Below are positions 26,250 through 39,247 of a stretch of DNA of 64,000 bases, in pieces. This stretch comes from Lama guanicoe (lineage: Eukaryota), in contig MU053652.1 in NCBI GenBank assembly GCA_013239625.1, positions 2,296,001 through 2,360,000 on the forward strand. The letters run 5' to 3'. The notes beneath the pieces were generated by a model. It worked only from the letters and a program-made list of their open reading frames with translations, was not told the DNA's origin and searched no databases. The stretch's first letter is position 1; every line of letters begins with the position of its first letter. The position numbers were made by a program, and so were the translations under genes.

Positions 26250-27180
26250 GTCACCCTCACCCTTCACCCCTTCCTGCATCCTTGTGCTTCTCTCTGGGAT
26301 CCTTTTCCTTCTGTCTGGGAAAAAAAAAAAAAAAAAAAAAAACTTTTTTAGTAGTCCCTTTAGGATAGGTCTGTGAGTGAAGAATTCTCTTCTTTTTTTG
26401 GCCCACAGATGCCCTATTTCACCTTAACTTTTGACGGGTATCTTCAATGGGTGTCGAATTCTAGGCTAGCAATTATTTTCCTTTAGCACTTTGAAGATGT
26501 CACTACATTGTCTTGTGACTTCTGTCATTTCTCGTGAGAAGCCAGCTACTGATCTTCTTGTTGTTTTTCTGAAGGTCACATATATTTTCCCCTCTTTGGC
26601 TGCCTTTAAGATTTTTTTTCTCTTTGCCTTTTGTTTCTGGCCATTTCACTCTGCTAAGCCTAGGTGCATAGTTTTCTGTGTACTCGCCCTGCCTGAGGCT
26701 CACGGCGTTTCCCGAGCCCACAGCTTCATGTCTTTCATCACTCACGAAATTCCTGGCTGTTATTTCTTCAGATACTGTTTGCATCCCATTATCCCCCTCC
26801 TCTCTTTCTGGGACTCCCAGTGAGTATATGTTAGACCCATTCACCATGTTCTACCTCTTACAGTCCTTTCTGAATCTCACATTTTTTCCTTAGTCTGGAT
26901 ATTTTTCTTCCATCTTCCAGATCTGTTCTCTTCGGGTGTGTCAAATCTACCCTTGACCCATCTTATGTCGTATTTTTCAGTTCTAGAATTTTCCTCCTTT
27001 CTATTTGTAGATTCCAGTTCTCCATTGAAATTCTCCATCTTCTCATAACTTCTTAAATATGTCAATTATTTTTTTAAAGTCCATTTCTGCGCATTCTAAG
27101 ATCTGTATCTTCTCTGGGTTTATTTCCATTATCTTGTTTTTCCCCCATGTTTCTGGCCATGCGGTCTTGTTTCTTGAGTT
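26250..27180 (-). mobile_element. Old L1 ORF1 remnant, antisense
   Basis: Minus ORF 26503-26847 (SNIYSLGVPEREEGDNGMQTVSEEITARNF) resembles the L1 ORF1p segment 'SNIRIIGVPEGEE..E.IFEEI.AENF'. ORF 26877-27065 resembles the coiled-coil region. Confidence 0.85.
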
Positions 27181-27899
27181 GACTCAATTACTTAAAAGCC
27201 AATAACTGCACGGTGATTTTCCAAACAAGGCCCTCAACTCTACCCACTTCACTGAATTTGGTTCTTAACCTCTCTCTCTCTTCTTACCACATGGTTTTAG
27301 AATTCTAATAAGTTTATGCCCTGATCCTTTAAACAAAGAATAATAATTCTACATTTAATTCCTCATAGCATCCAAAATGGTCATGAATCATCCTAACTTT
27401 CCACCTTTCCCCCCATACATCCTACAATCCAGCAAAGCAGAATCAGTTATCATCGCTTGTTGCCCTGTTTTAACAGCCTGTTGCTGTTTTGTTCCCCCGG
27501 TGCACATTCCAGAGTTGTTTCCAGCATGCAGCCTGCCCTTTCTTTTATATCCACTTATCCAAACTCTGTTACCCAAGTCCCAGATTAAATGACAACCCCC
27601 ATAATTAAACACTGAATCCTCAGAATGTGTATCAACCTCCTCCTTCTCTGAGCTCCCAGAGCTGTTTACCGGGATGTTATTCATGCCCAGGTCCCGGCTC
27701 CCCCACCAGCTAATTGAGGAGGGGGGTGGACAGTCCCTGTCTCTGTCTTCCAAGGACCCATTCTCCCTCCAGGTGGCAAGGTCACTGGCTCATCTGACTC
27801 CCCTCTCAGACTCAGTGGTTCTGGCGGAGCTGAATCCCACCTCTGACTCAGAACCTGAGAACCTCAGCCAGGGAAACTGTGTGGGATTTGGAGGTGGCT

Positions 27900-28497
27900 A
27901 AGCCAGAAAGACGTGACATGATGTCTCTACCTAAAACCCTGAAAAGGCTCCTGTTTCACACAGAGGACAAGCCAAGAAGGCTCCAGACAGACCGTGTCCT
28001 TCCCTCATCCTCTCTGACCTTTCCTCCTGGCATTCTTTGCCTTGTGTCCACTTCAGCTGCTGGGATATTCCTCAGACATGGCAGGCCTAATCCCGCCTCA
28101 ATGCCTTAGCTCGACTGGTCCCTCTGCCAGACCGCCCTTCCCCGAGACACCCACTTGACTGACTCCAGATGGAGACCTGCAGGAGGCTGTGCAAATCTCT
28201 CTCTCCAGGCCGGGCTCATCCCGACCCCCCATTTACAACTAGCACCCACCACCCAGCACTCCCCATGCCCCTCGCTCCCCTTACTCTCTCCTTCCTCCAA
28301 ATCACTCCTCCCTTTCTAACAGGCTCTATTACATGTTTATTCATACCTTTACTTGTGTTTACACCTAATGTGCACACACACTGGAATCCAAGCCCCCAAG
28401 GGCAGGAATCTCTGTCTGCTCGGCTCACTGGCATCTCTCAAGCCCTGGAACAGGGCCTGGCTCAGAGCAGGCACTGCACGAATCCCCGCTGACTTGC
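27900..28497 (+). mobile_element. L2 LINE 3' end
   Basis: ctaaaaccctgaaaaggctcc...; actggaatccaagcccccaagggcaggaatctctgtctgctcggctcactg...cctggaacagggcctggctcagagcaggcact. Confidence 0.75.
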
Positions 28498-29371
28498 AAC
28501 AACTTGGAATCAGCCCTTGTTTCCAGAGTTGGCATCCCTGCTTTGCATTCTCCATCTGGGTACCTGAAAGGTGCTGATGCCCATGCAGGGTGAGTGTGTT
28601 CTGTAAAGTTCCAAATTCAGGGGAGGCGATGGCCCCAGAGCATGTCTGCTTTCATAGGCAGGGACACCTCCTTGTCCGGTGGCCCCCGAACCCCCATCCT
28701 CACTTAGAGAGAAATTCTGTTAATCAGGCAGAGAAATCAAGTCAGGGAAACATGGACCTCATTTGACCCAGGGCAACAGAGATGGGGCTAGGCAGAAACT
28801 CTGCGTAAGATAAATCTGTGGAAATGTCTTAAGGTAAATCTAGGGCCTGAGTAAATCAGAGGTTTGGTGTGGCTCAGATGGCCTCCTGATGTCAAAATGT
28901 AAAAAAATGTTCACCAAGGATGTCATGCTTTTGCACCTTGCAGGCCCTTTCACGTCTATTATTTCACCTTCTCTTCAAAACAACTCAAAGGAACAAATCA
29001 TTCCCATCTTAGAAGTTGAGAAGCTGATGCTCCAGGAGAAAAGATACCTACAAAGTTGTACAGCTGTGTGGTGATGCTAGAAGATAGGTCTCAGGACTCT
29101 GCAAACAGAAATTCACTGAGGGGGGCCTGGGGGTGTGCCCCGGGGACCTGAGACCACAGCATAGATAGGGCATGTCTCCCCAGAGCATTGCTTCTATCCC
29201 AAGGTTCACAGAAATAAAAAGTGTTATTCTTACGTTAAAACAAATGTGGGTTTTGTGCATAAAGCACAATGCGGAAAATTTGCATGAATTATTAAGACTT
29301 TAAAAATTAGACTTAACACAAATTTCTATGTTTACAAAAGTCAGCTTAGAGGTCTGAAGCACCCTCCCTCA

Positions 29372-29510
29372 ACTCCTACCTGGCTCTTACATTACCTAGC
29401 TGTGTGACCTTGAACAAATTACTTAACTTCGCTGAGCCTGACTTTTCTCATCTGTAAAATGGGATAATCATGCCTTCCTCACAGGCTTGTTGTTATAAAG
29501 ATCAAATTAA
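29372..29510 (+). mobile_element. MIR SINE core
   Basis: ctagctgtgtgaccttgaacaaattacttaacttcgctgagcctga...ctcatctgtaaaatgggataat. Confidence 0.9.
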
Positions 29511-29589
29511 GACACTTTTTCATCATTATTATGTTGGAATATTAAATAAGAACCAAGAAGCAATGATCCCATTAAAGTCCCCAAACTCC

Positions 29590-29780
29590 TAATGTGTCCA
29601 ATTTAAGGTTTCACTTGAGAGGCAAGAACTGGAAAAGATTTAGAGGACCGAAACTGCAAAAATGATTAGGGATTAAAGAGCAAGATGCTCAAGGAAAGGT
29701 TAAAGGAACCTGATTTTCTCTGCATTTGAGGAGGAAGGAGCTAGAAGAGAGACTTAGAAAGAACCTTCACAAAATGAAAA
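29590..29780 (+). mobile_element. CR1/L3 LINE fragment
   Basis: aactggaaaagatttagagga...aaaatgattagggatta...gaaaggttaaaggaacctg resembles the CR1 ORF2 C-terminus. Confidence 0.55.
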
Positions 29781-32002
29781 AGCTCAGCTGTCACCCACCT
29801 CCACCAGGGCTGGAAGGGGACGCCTCTCTGACCTCAGCTGGGGAGGCGGAGCAGGGGAGAGGGAGGCACCTGCCTCAGGGGCATCAGCGAGGCTATCAGG
29901 AATCTTAGAACCAAGGAGGGAAGAGTAGAACCCACTTCCCCAGGGACTTCCTTGGACATCTTAGAAACCGGGGCACCGAGGCATGGATAAGGAGAGCTGG
30001 TCTTTTAAGCAGAAAGCTCGGTGTCTACAGAATGGGCTTCGGCGCACCACGAGTCCAGATTTCCCACGTGATCTGCCCACTGGCCCTGCCTGGCTGCCGG
30101 TGGTCCTGTTTTACTTACTGGGTTGCCTACGCTATTTATGGTTCCAGAGAATAAATGCTACCCAGAAGGCATCATCCGTTGAGTCATTAAGCGCCTTTAA
30201 CACTGTCACTCATTAAGGAGTGCCTGTCAACCAGGAGAACGCTCAAGAAAGGGATACAGAGCTAGTGTGTTTTGAAACTCAGCAGGGAGAAAGACGGACA
30301 TGGGCTGGCTGAGGACCAGCGGGGGAGGGGCTGGTGGCCCTGGGGCGAGCCCTGCTTAGAGCAGGGAGGGGCCAGAAGACAAACCTCACTTCCTAGCCAA
30401 CCCTCCACTCCCAGCTGCTCTGTCCATGGTGGGGAGCTCCGTGAAGGCAGGGATTTTGTTGATGACCTTAGTCCCAGAAAGCCACCCTCTTGCCCCACCC
30501 CCCAGCCCCCATATGCCCCGTGTTCCTTGAGGCCTCTCCCCCGAGATGGGCCCCACCTCCTCTTCCCTGTGCCTGTTTCTTTCCCTTTCCCTGTCCCCAG
30601 ATCAGCCAACTTATCCATTTTGTCCCCTTCCCAGTCTGCCCTGGCTCCTCCCCTGATCTGTTCTCTTCTCCCCTCAGGTCTGTCACATTTCTTCTCCCCT
30701 CCCCCCAGTTCTACCTGGCTACATGCATGACCAGCTCTGTCCCCTGGCCCCATCCTGCTCACCCTTCTGTCCCCACACCTGAAGCCACAGCTGGTTCTCC
30801 TTAGAAGAGGGAGGGGTGAGATGATTCATGGGGCCTGAAATGGGATGTCAATCCCCCCTCCCTAATTCCCTAACTTAAAAAATAGGGGGGGGCCTGGTGT
30901 ATAGCAGGTTCTCAGTAAATACCAACAAATCGATTAATAAGTGAATAACCACTACTGAACGAATGATTTTGTAACAGCGACACTAGAAAGCACAGGAGTG
31001 GAGAAAAGAAGATACCCTGACGTCCTCATCCCAGAATATCCTGCGGCACCGAATGTTTCTCAGGTGTGAGTAGACAGTGTGTGACTCCTGCTTTCTGGGG
31101 AGACGGATCCTGAGAGAGAGCCTGCAACACCCACAGGACGCCAAGTGATTGCCACGCCTTGTTCCAGATGGAGGAGGGGAAAATGACACTGGGGAAGACA
31201 TCCTCTTGCCTTAAAACCTCTGGGCCCTCACAAGCTCCCTCGGGGCAAAACACAACAGGAACACGAGATCTTGCCTTTCCTCAGAGGCTGTAAGTCCCTA
31301 GAAACCCTGGGCCAAGTCCCCTGTGGTCAGTAAGCACCATCTGGCCACGTCATCCAGGTGCTGGGCACGGGGGACAACTGCTGGGAACGGAACCTGGTGC
31401 CTGCCTTTAGTCTTAAGTCAGCAGCACCCAGGAATCCCGAGGAGGGGGACGGCTGAGTGCAGCAGCTGGGGCTTCGGGGAGCCGGGCTGGGAGGGGCCGG
31501 GGTTGATGGCAGGAGTGGAGGCTGAGGGCGGGGGTCTGTGCAGGGGCCAGGGGTCCAGGCCAGGGGACCCACCTCACGGCCTGCTGGGGGTGGTGGGGGG
31601 TGGTACTCCTTTGCTGTTGTCACCACCTGGGTCAGCAGGATGCACTGGAGGACCCGGCCAGGTGACCCACCACCTGCCTGCTCCCCGCCCCTCCTCTGCG
31701 CTCATCTGAGCCTCCATGGTGACCCCTCCCTTGGGACAGAAGCCTCGGTGGACATAAGCAGCCTGTGAGGGTGGGGCTGGGGGCCCCACTGGGAGTCAGC
31801 ATCAGCCAGGATGTGACCTGTTCCCCGAAGAGAGTCAGCACTTGCTGCCAGGCCTGGCTCCTGAGTCGTCCCTGCCACACCAGGCCCTCGGCTAATCCAT
31901 CACAACCCAGGTCAGCAACTCACCCCCCACCTGCCTGCCCTCACCACTCACTGAGGGGGCCTCGGCTAGGAGGCACAGGGGTGGGGTCCAGGTGTGAGGT
32001 GC

Positions 32003-32021
32003 TACTGCCCTCTGCTGGCAG
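32003..32021 (-). promoter_or_regulatory. Candidate CTCF binding motif (CTGCCAGCAGAGGGCAGTA on minus strand)
   Basis: Matches the core CCASYAGRKGGCRS at every position. Binding not shown. Confidence 0.5.
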
Positions 32022-35000
32022 TTTCCAGGAAACTTCAGACTGTGGTCAAAGAGAAGAAGGCCCAAACCAGAAGGGCATCCTCCCTTCCTCTGCTCAGCCT
32101 CACCGGGAGCACACTGGGCTGGTGCTCCCACTGGGGCTGTGGGATTGGCCGTGTCCAGGAGGGTGGGCCAGCTTGCAAAGCGGGGACAGGCAGCACAGAA
32201 AATGAGAGGTGGACAGAGAGCAGAGGAAGGGGAGCTCCCCAATCTCTCCCAAAGAATAACCCTAACAACTCCATTTACACCATCGTTCACGAGACACAGA
32301 GCATCACATACCCCGAACATCACCTCGAATCCAAACAACCTAGAGGGTAGGGCATAGCAGGGATGGGCTCCTTCCACTTTGCAGATGAGAAGGGTGGAGG
32401 CCAAGGGGTTGTGACCCGCACCCACATCCACACCAGGAATGAGACCCCCAGCGCAGGTCTGCCTTCCTTGTCTGGGGCTCTGACAGCTAATACTAAACAA
32501 GTGTGATGGGTTCCAGAACATCTGCCATCACAAGATCTCATCCTGACAAAAGCACACGCCCCAGCACCACCTAGAACCAGCCTGCCATCTGGCAATAACT
32601 GCTTTCTGGGAGAGGCTGTGTCTGGTCAAAGTCTGTGTTCTCTGTAACTGGCTGAAAAGCACATTAAACAGGGATGAGCAATCATCTGAGAAAACAGAAG
32701 CATCTTAGAGCATGGAGACTCGCCTCCCAGCACAGCAGGCAGACAGCCCGTAGGAGGTGTCTGCACTGGGCTAGTCACTGCGAGGCTGGAGTTGGAATGG
32801 TCTGCTTGTTTGACATCATTTCCTGTTGCTGTCAACAAGTGACCAGCATGGCCACCACCAGGGAGGAGCCAAGGTCCTTAGACAAAAGGCAGCCAGAGGC
32901 TCTGGGCTCTCCTCATGGCCATACCCTCTCTGGTTTGGGAGCCTTCCTCCTCTTCTCCCCTGGGAGCAGAGCATCCTCTGGTCAGTGTCCCCAACCTTCT
33001 ATCCACCTTCTCCCCTCTCCTCCCTGCTTCTATCTTGTCCCCTATGGCCACAGCCAGTACTGCCCTCCTCCTCCTCCTGCACCTCCCAAGCTATGGCCAG
33101 GAGAGGGTCAAGGGCACGGCTGGCCCTTCCAAGCAGGATTAAACTGATTGGAAAGAAACAAGCACATCCCTCATCCCCGCTTCTCTGAGTTGGCCACAAG
33201 CAACAGCAAAATGCGTCCCCTGCTCTGGACCGAGGAGCAGGTGACAAATGGGCAACTTGTTCTTCCTCTGGATTTTTTTCCTTTTTTTTTTTAGTGCTTA
33301 GAAAGGAGAGGAGGAATATTTATTAGTAAGGAAATGGGACTTGTCGGAGCTTACGAACGCCCCCACACACGTCTGCTCTCAAGGAAGAAGGAAGATAAGT
33401 TAAGGAATCTAGGACCCTTGTGAGCTATGGACCAGTGTCTCCTGTGCACTCAACCAGGGGCTCCAATTAAACGCTCCCACCAGCCAGAAAGGGCAGCTGG
33501 ACAGGGAGGGGGGGTTGCAGCTCCCACCGCAGCCCTCAGCACCGGCTGCACTGGGGCTCATCTCCAGCCCTAGTCCTCACCCACATGACCTACTTCTGTC
33601 ATCCCTGACCCCTCTCTGCCACCCTGGGCCAAGTGGGGTTACATCAGCTTGCGAACAAGCCGAATCTGCTCCAGGAAAGCTTCCTGCGGGAGCCACCACC
33701 TCCGTGGAGACTCTGGGATCTTTACCTCCTGCCCCCAGAACACCCACAGTCTCAGAACAGGTCAGCCCGGGGAAGCCTCTTCAGCTGCCTGGGCACAACC
33801 CTCTTGGTCTCATCCACTGCCCACGCTGCCCTGTCCCATAAGGGAGCCCAAGTTGACCCTTTCCCCAGGGACTGGCTTCTATCTGTCAAAACAGTGCTCA
33901 GCCCCAGCCCCATAGAGGCAGAGGGATGGATAAGACCCCATCCTTGTCCTCACAGAAACTTCATGCCTGAAACAGATGATCAATGATAAAAAAAAAAAAA
34001 TCACATTTCTGTATCACTTCACTGTTCAGAAGACTGTTTATGCAATTACCTCATTTCAGATTCCTAACAGCGCTGGGTAAGAAAGGGTTTTCAAATCTCT
34101 GCTTCTCGGAAGCGAAAACTGCATCTCAAAGGAATGAGTGGAGGTCACAGACAGAGCCTGACTTGGGCTCAAAGCGCCCCCACCTGACTGCCCACAGCTG
34201 GACGGCAGGACAAGGTCCTTCTGCCGTTTCCAGGAGTAAGGAAGGGTTGGACTGACGCCATGACAGAGACACGGAGGTCCTGAGATCTGACCTGCAGCTG
34301 AGGATGCGGGACTCTCCGCCCACACGGACTTCTCTCACACACCAGATGTCCTTCCGCAGGAGCAACCCAGACAAGGCAGAAGGGACAGATCATCCCTATT
34401 TCTGAACCACGCGCTAGGAGAAGAGTGGACACGCAAAGAGGCCCGAACCAGAAGTCCAGAACCAGGATCTCGCTGGTTCTGCCCAAGGCCACCTTGTAAA
34501 AGAACCCTCTGCACGGGCGACCCCATGCCACAACTTCTGCCAGGCTCTGTATAACCCTGGGGCTGGGAAATGTCCGTCTAGGGAGTCTTTCTCGGAAAGA
34601 AGACTCAGCCCAGCTTTTCCTCCCCATCCTCTCTCCAGATCTCCTTCTTGATCTCCCAACCCTCTAGCCAAGGGCAAGGACCTTCCAGAAGCTCTGCAGC
34701 TTCATGCGTGAGTCTCATGCGTGGACCTCTCCTGCCCTCTGGTGGACAGGCTGCAACAGTGCAACAACATCCCCGTGCAACTCAAACGTAGAAATCACCT
34801 TTTCTCCCACCATCTCTCCATCTTTGCTCCTTTTCCCACAGGACACCACCTGGGCCCTACACCAGCGCCAGACGGATGGGGGTAAGGGACCCTCCTGTCT
34901 GTGCCTTCATTCCCATTCTCCTTTCCTCCTCCTACAGATGAGGACCCCTCCTTTCTGACGCCAGCACTCAGGGACTGCTTGGCTTAGCGTCCAGTTCCTT

Positions 35001-35859
35001 CCGCCAGGCAGGCGCCCTACCCCTGATGTGGGTGGGCTCCCCTCACACCACGAACCCTTCTCCCCAGATCTTCCTGCCTGGATCTCATTTCTGTCACCTG
35101 CATGCCAGTCTGGCATCCTCGCTCCCTAAAGGCTCTGACCTCAGAGCTCTGGTCCCAGACGCCCAGCTGTTGAGTACCAGCTCCAAGGCTCTGGGATGCC
35201 TGCTTCTGAGCCTCTGCTCCTCCGGGTCTGCTTGACTTGCTTCTTGGCCCCGGCTCAACCTACCTGAGTTTAACCAACACTGACCTCTGCTTTTGTGGGC
35301 ACTGTGCTGGGAGCAGTGGGAACCAGAGAGATCAGTCTATCAGAGAAGGTGGTCATGGGTCAAAGCCACCATAGTAGAGAGCACGGAGGTGCTGAACCAA
35401 GACTTTATGAGGACAGCCACCTGGGAGCCCCTCGAGGGAGGCTTTGTGGGGAAAGTGACCAGAGTCACAAGCTGATGGGTGAGCGGCTTCACACAAGGGG
35501 AGCCGTGCCAGGAGCCTGGCTGTGATGTCTGGCATCTATTGAGCATTGTCCACCTATGTCATCTTCTACCCTCACCCACAAATTAATTGTTATCCAAATT
35601 GTGCAGGTGATAGAGCCTCAGAGCTGGAAGAGCTTGCCCTGGGTCCCCCGAGCTAGAGAGTTCTGTGACCCTGGTCTCATGTTCCTTGCAACATATTCTG
35701 TTGCTTCTCCAGCAGAAGGCAGAGCCTGAGCAAACTTGTGGAGGCCTGGAGGTGTTCCCAGACAGCAGGAGTCAGAGCTGTGTGGGTGTGATTTTGTCGT
35801 AGAGGGGGTGGCACAACTTACAACTTCAGAGCTTTGCAGATGGCGAATGAAGAGGGACA

Positions 35860-36330
35860 GAGTAGTGGTGGGTGACCAGATATCCTTCAATAACCCTTCT
35901 CTGCTTCATCCAGGGCAACTGAACCCTTGGCTTTTAATCTAGTTTTTGGTCACTCTAAATAAAAACTACGTTTCCCAGCTCCCTTGCTGATAGATGTGAC
36001 CATGCGGTTAGGGAGATGAGAGCAGAACCTATGCAAACAACTTCTAGTGATGCTTTTAAAGGGAAGGAACATGCCTTCCCTTCCTCTTCTGCTTCTTCTA
36101 TTGACTGGACTGCACGTGAGCTGGTGCGAAACACGGGGTCATGCAAACAAGGGCAACGGCACAGCAACAGCAGAGCAAGGACCCCAGAAGACACCTGCGT
36201 CCCTGACATCATGCCGTGCTGCTGTCCCAGCACAGTTTATGGCCAGATTGTCACTTATGAAAGAGAAATAAACTTCTCTGGTTGTTTAAACGTTTGTTAT
36301 TTGTGGCCTCTGTAGGCGAGACCTCAGCCA
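35860..36330 (+). mobile_element. MaLR (MLT1J-like) solo LTR
   Basis: aaaactacgtttcccagctcccttgc...atgtgaccatg...gtccctgacatcatg...atgaaagagaaataaacttct...tgtttaa. Confidence 0.75.
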
Positions 36331-36339
36331 GACAGGATG

Positions 36340-36480
36340 AAGTCTGAGGCCAGGGCAGTGAGGATGAAGAGGAAGGTAAGAGTGGGTTCTTGAGGCATCG
36401 TGGAGGTAACTCCAACAGGACTTGGTATCTGATGGAATGCGGGGTGTGAGGATGGAGGACCAGGAGGGCATTAAGTTGGC
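36340..36480 (-). mobile_element. L2 fragment
   Basis: ccagggcagtgaggatgaagagg...ggaggtaactccaacaggacttggtatctgatggaatg. Confidence 0.6.
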
Positions 36481-36689
36481 AGCAGACTGGGGGTATCTGA
36501 GACAGGCTGTCATTTCACCTCTGCATCTAATTTCCTCCTCAGTCATCTCTTCACCTTCAGGACCTCTCCTTTCCCTGGATCCAAAATCAGTTTGCCATGA
36601 CCTCTCCTGCCTCTGTCCCCAACATGTGCTTCTCTCTTTGCTAGGACATCACCTCCAGCCCACACCACCTCTGCCTGACTGACCCACAG

Positions 36690-36960
36690 CATCTTTTATA
36701 GACTCAACGCAAACACACCTCCTCCGGGAAACTTCCCTGACTCCCCTGAACTGGATGAGGTCCCTGTCTTCTGTACTTTCACTATGTCCAGCATTCCCTT
36801 CTGTGTCACCACGGACCTCTCGGTGCAGTAAGCCTTTGCCTCCTGGTCCATTTCCCTCCCTTAACCAGGAGCTGCTTGAGGATAGAGATCATATTCATCT
36901 TTGGATTCCCGTTGCCTGGTATAGTGCCTGGCATATGATGGGTATCCAAGAAATGTCACT
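36690..36960 (+). mobile_element. L2 3' end fragment
   Basis: cacctcctccgggaaacttccctgact...gagctgcttgaggatagagatcat...gcctggtatagtgcctggcatatgatgggtatccaagaaatg. Confidence 0.7.
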
Positions 36961-39247
36961 GTGCAGAATTTTCCTTTATCCTTGCTCCCCAAAACCAACC
37001 CTCTGGCTCCCCTCTACCATTGCCCTTAGCAGGTTTCACCGTCTGACCTGCAGTCTTTAAATGAATCCAAAGCAACACAAACCAGCAATGTCAGACAGCT
37101 TCCTGCAGCCGCCCTCCCCACGCTCCGACTCAGAAAAGCCATTATCAAAAGGTAACAGGTTTCTATAGTCTTACTCCCCATTTGGGCAGAAAAAACACGA
37201 AGCAAGCTTTCTCAAGGATGTTTAACTTGAAATGTTCCGTACCTTAAAATTTAGGTCTCCATTTCAGAAATAATTCCTCCTTAGATGGAAGAAGACAAAT
37301 GTCGCTATTTGATCGAGAGAAAGTTATGAAACACTACGCACGTCAAATTTCCATATACCTTTTCCTCCTAATGCAGCAAAATGATACCTTTATCGCCGTT
37401 CAATCAAAGGCTCACCCGGGGAGATGGGACTGTAGCAGTCATCATCGGATGTTCCTGGCAAGCCCTCACACCAATCTGCTGCACAGCATCGCCATTATAA
37501 ACCCATGAAAGGCTTCCTCAATTTCACTCCCGGTCATCAGCAGCCACAACAGATATTTATCGACTGCCTGTTATATGCAGGACACTTTGCTAGGTGCAGG
37601 AAAGGAAAAGTGGAAGAGAGATCTCCAGAGGATTTTGAAAAGGGGCACATCCGTACCTTAGACATAAGTTATCTGCCTCTGAAATGAGTTGCGTATAAAA
37701 GCGGTAGCTTTTATAAAGAAAAATAGTCTAGTCCAATGTGCACTGTCACCGTGTTCTGTGTGCAATTTTGGCCGAATGCAGGGAAACATGCTGTCAGAAT
37801 TATTCAACTGCCCACCCACACGCACGCACGGTAAGCAGGTGGAGGGATGGCCCCAGGTCCATCCTGCAGCCTCTCCCCTGCTACAGCCCCCACACTGCCA
37901 ATCTGAGTGTGCAAAACGTTTCCATCATCCCGTTCTCCATTTGGTCATGAAAAGGTGAAGACTGGCTCTATCAATGTTTTGAAGTCAAGAGGGTCTGCAC
38001 TTCTGAAAGGGGTTCCCTGTCTCCAAAATCAGTCACACCGAGGATTAAAACAAATACAATAGTTTTAGGGAGAAAAAAGACAGACAGAACTCTGTAGACA
38101 GAAGTCTCCACGTGCCTTTTTCAGCAAGTGCGGGAAAATGACAGAAACGTCATTGTCCTACAAACGCTCACTGAGTCACTCGGCAATGTGAAGCCTTTAC
38201 CTGTCATTTCTGAGCATTTGTTAAAATCCCTTTCCGCACTGCGCTCCAATCACCGAGCATCGTTAAGAGCAAAATATTAAAACTGACCTGATGTTACCCA
38301 TTTGTGCGAGAAAACTTGAAGGAAAAGTTCTCAATATTTTGAACCTTAGAGGTTGATGTATTTGACATTTACCATTCCTATATCAAGTGTCTGGGTACCT
38401 GTTTTTATTTAATGTAAAGAAAGTAGGCTTGTGTCCCCATTTAGAATGCAGAGCCTGAGAGAGACCAAAAACCAATGTCTTCACTCTAAAAAATGAGAAG
38501 ATTGAGGCCCAGGAAGGGGCGCTGCCGTCAGAGTCACAACACAGGATGCAAGGGCAGGGCTGTCAGAAAGCGACCCCGAGGCCTCTCTCCGGGTGTCCCG
38601 AACACCGCGTCAGCTGGAGGAGCCCTTCTCCCAGTGCAGAGTGCTGTGCCCAAGCCCAATTCCCGCGGGAAAGGCAGCTATCCTCCCTCCTCCCCCCACC
38701 CTGTGCAAAGGAGCTGCCACTCCCCACGGGCCCCAGGTCTCCAGGTGCTGAGTGGCTGGTGTTCCTAGAAAACTCTCAGTCACATCTGGAGCTGGAAATG
38801 GATGCCTGCGCCAGGCAGTGAGGGCTCCCTTCCCTGCTCTCACACTTGCCCCGACAAGGAGGCAGAGCGGTAAGGTCCATCGTCAGAATGCAAAGCCCCC
38901 TGCGCTTCCAGCAGAGCCCAGGCACAGATCTTTGGAAGGATGATGGGAAGATAATGCTGACTCTGCTTGTAAGCTCCCTTTACCCTCCCCACCCCCAGAG
39001 AAGTCTAGTTCTCAACTTACACTACGTGACATTGTGGGATGGGGACGAGTCCTGGTGCGTAACAGGTGGGCACCCAGATGGGACCTCTCTATGTGACCAT
39101 GGTGACACGTGCAGGACCACGCTGTGCCACGCAGACCCAGGTGGCAGCAACAGTTGGGAAGAAAGCCCAGGCACCCATCTCCCAATCTGCCACGTTGTTC
39201 TAACCGGCTTCACAGTACTTCCACACAGACAGTAGTACACACAGAAC

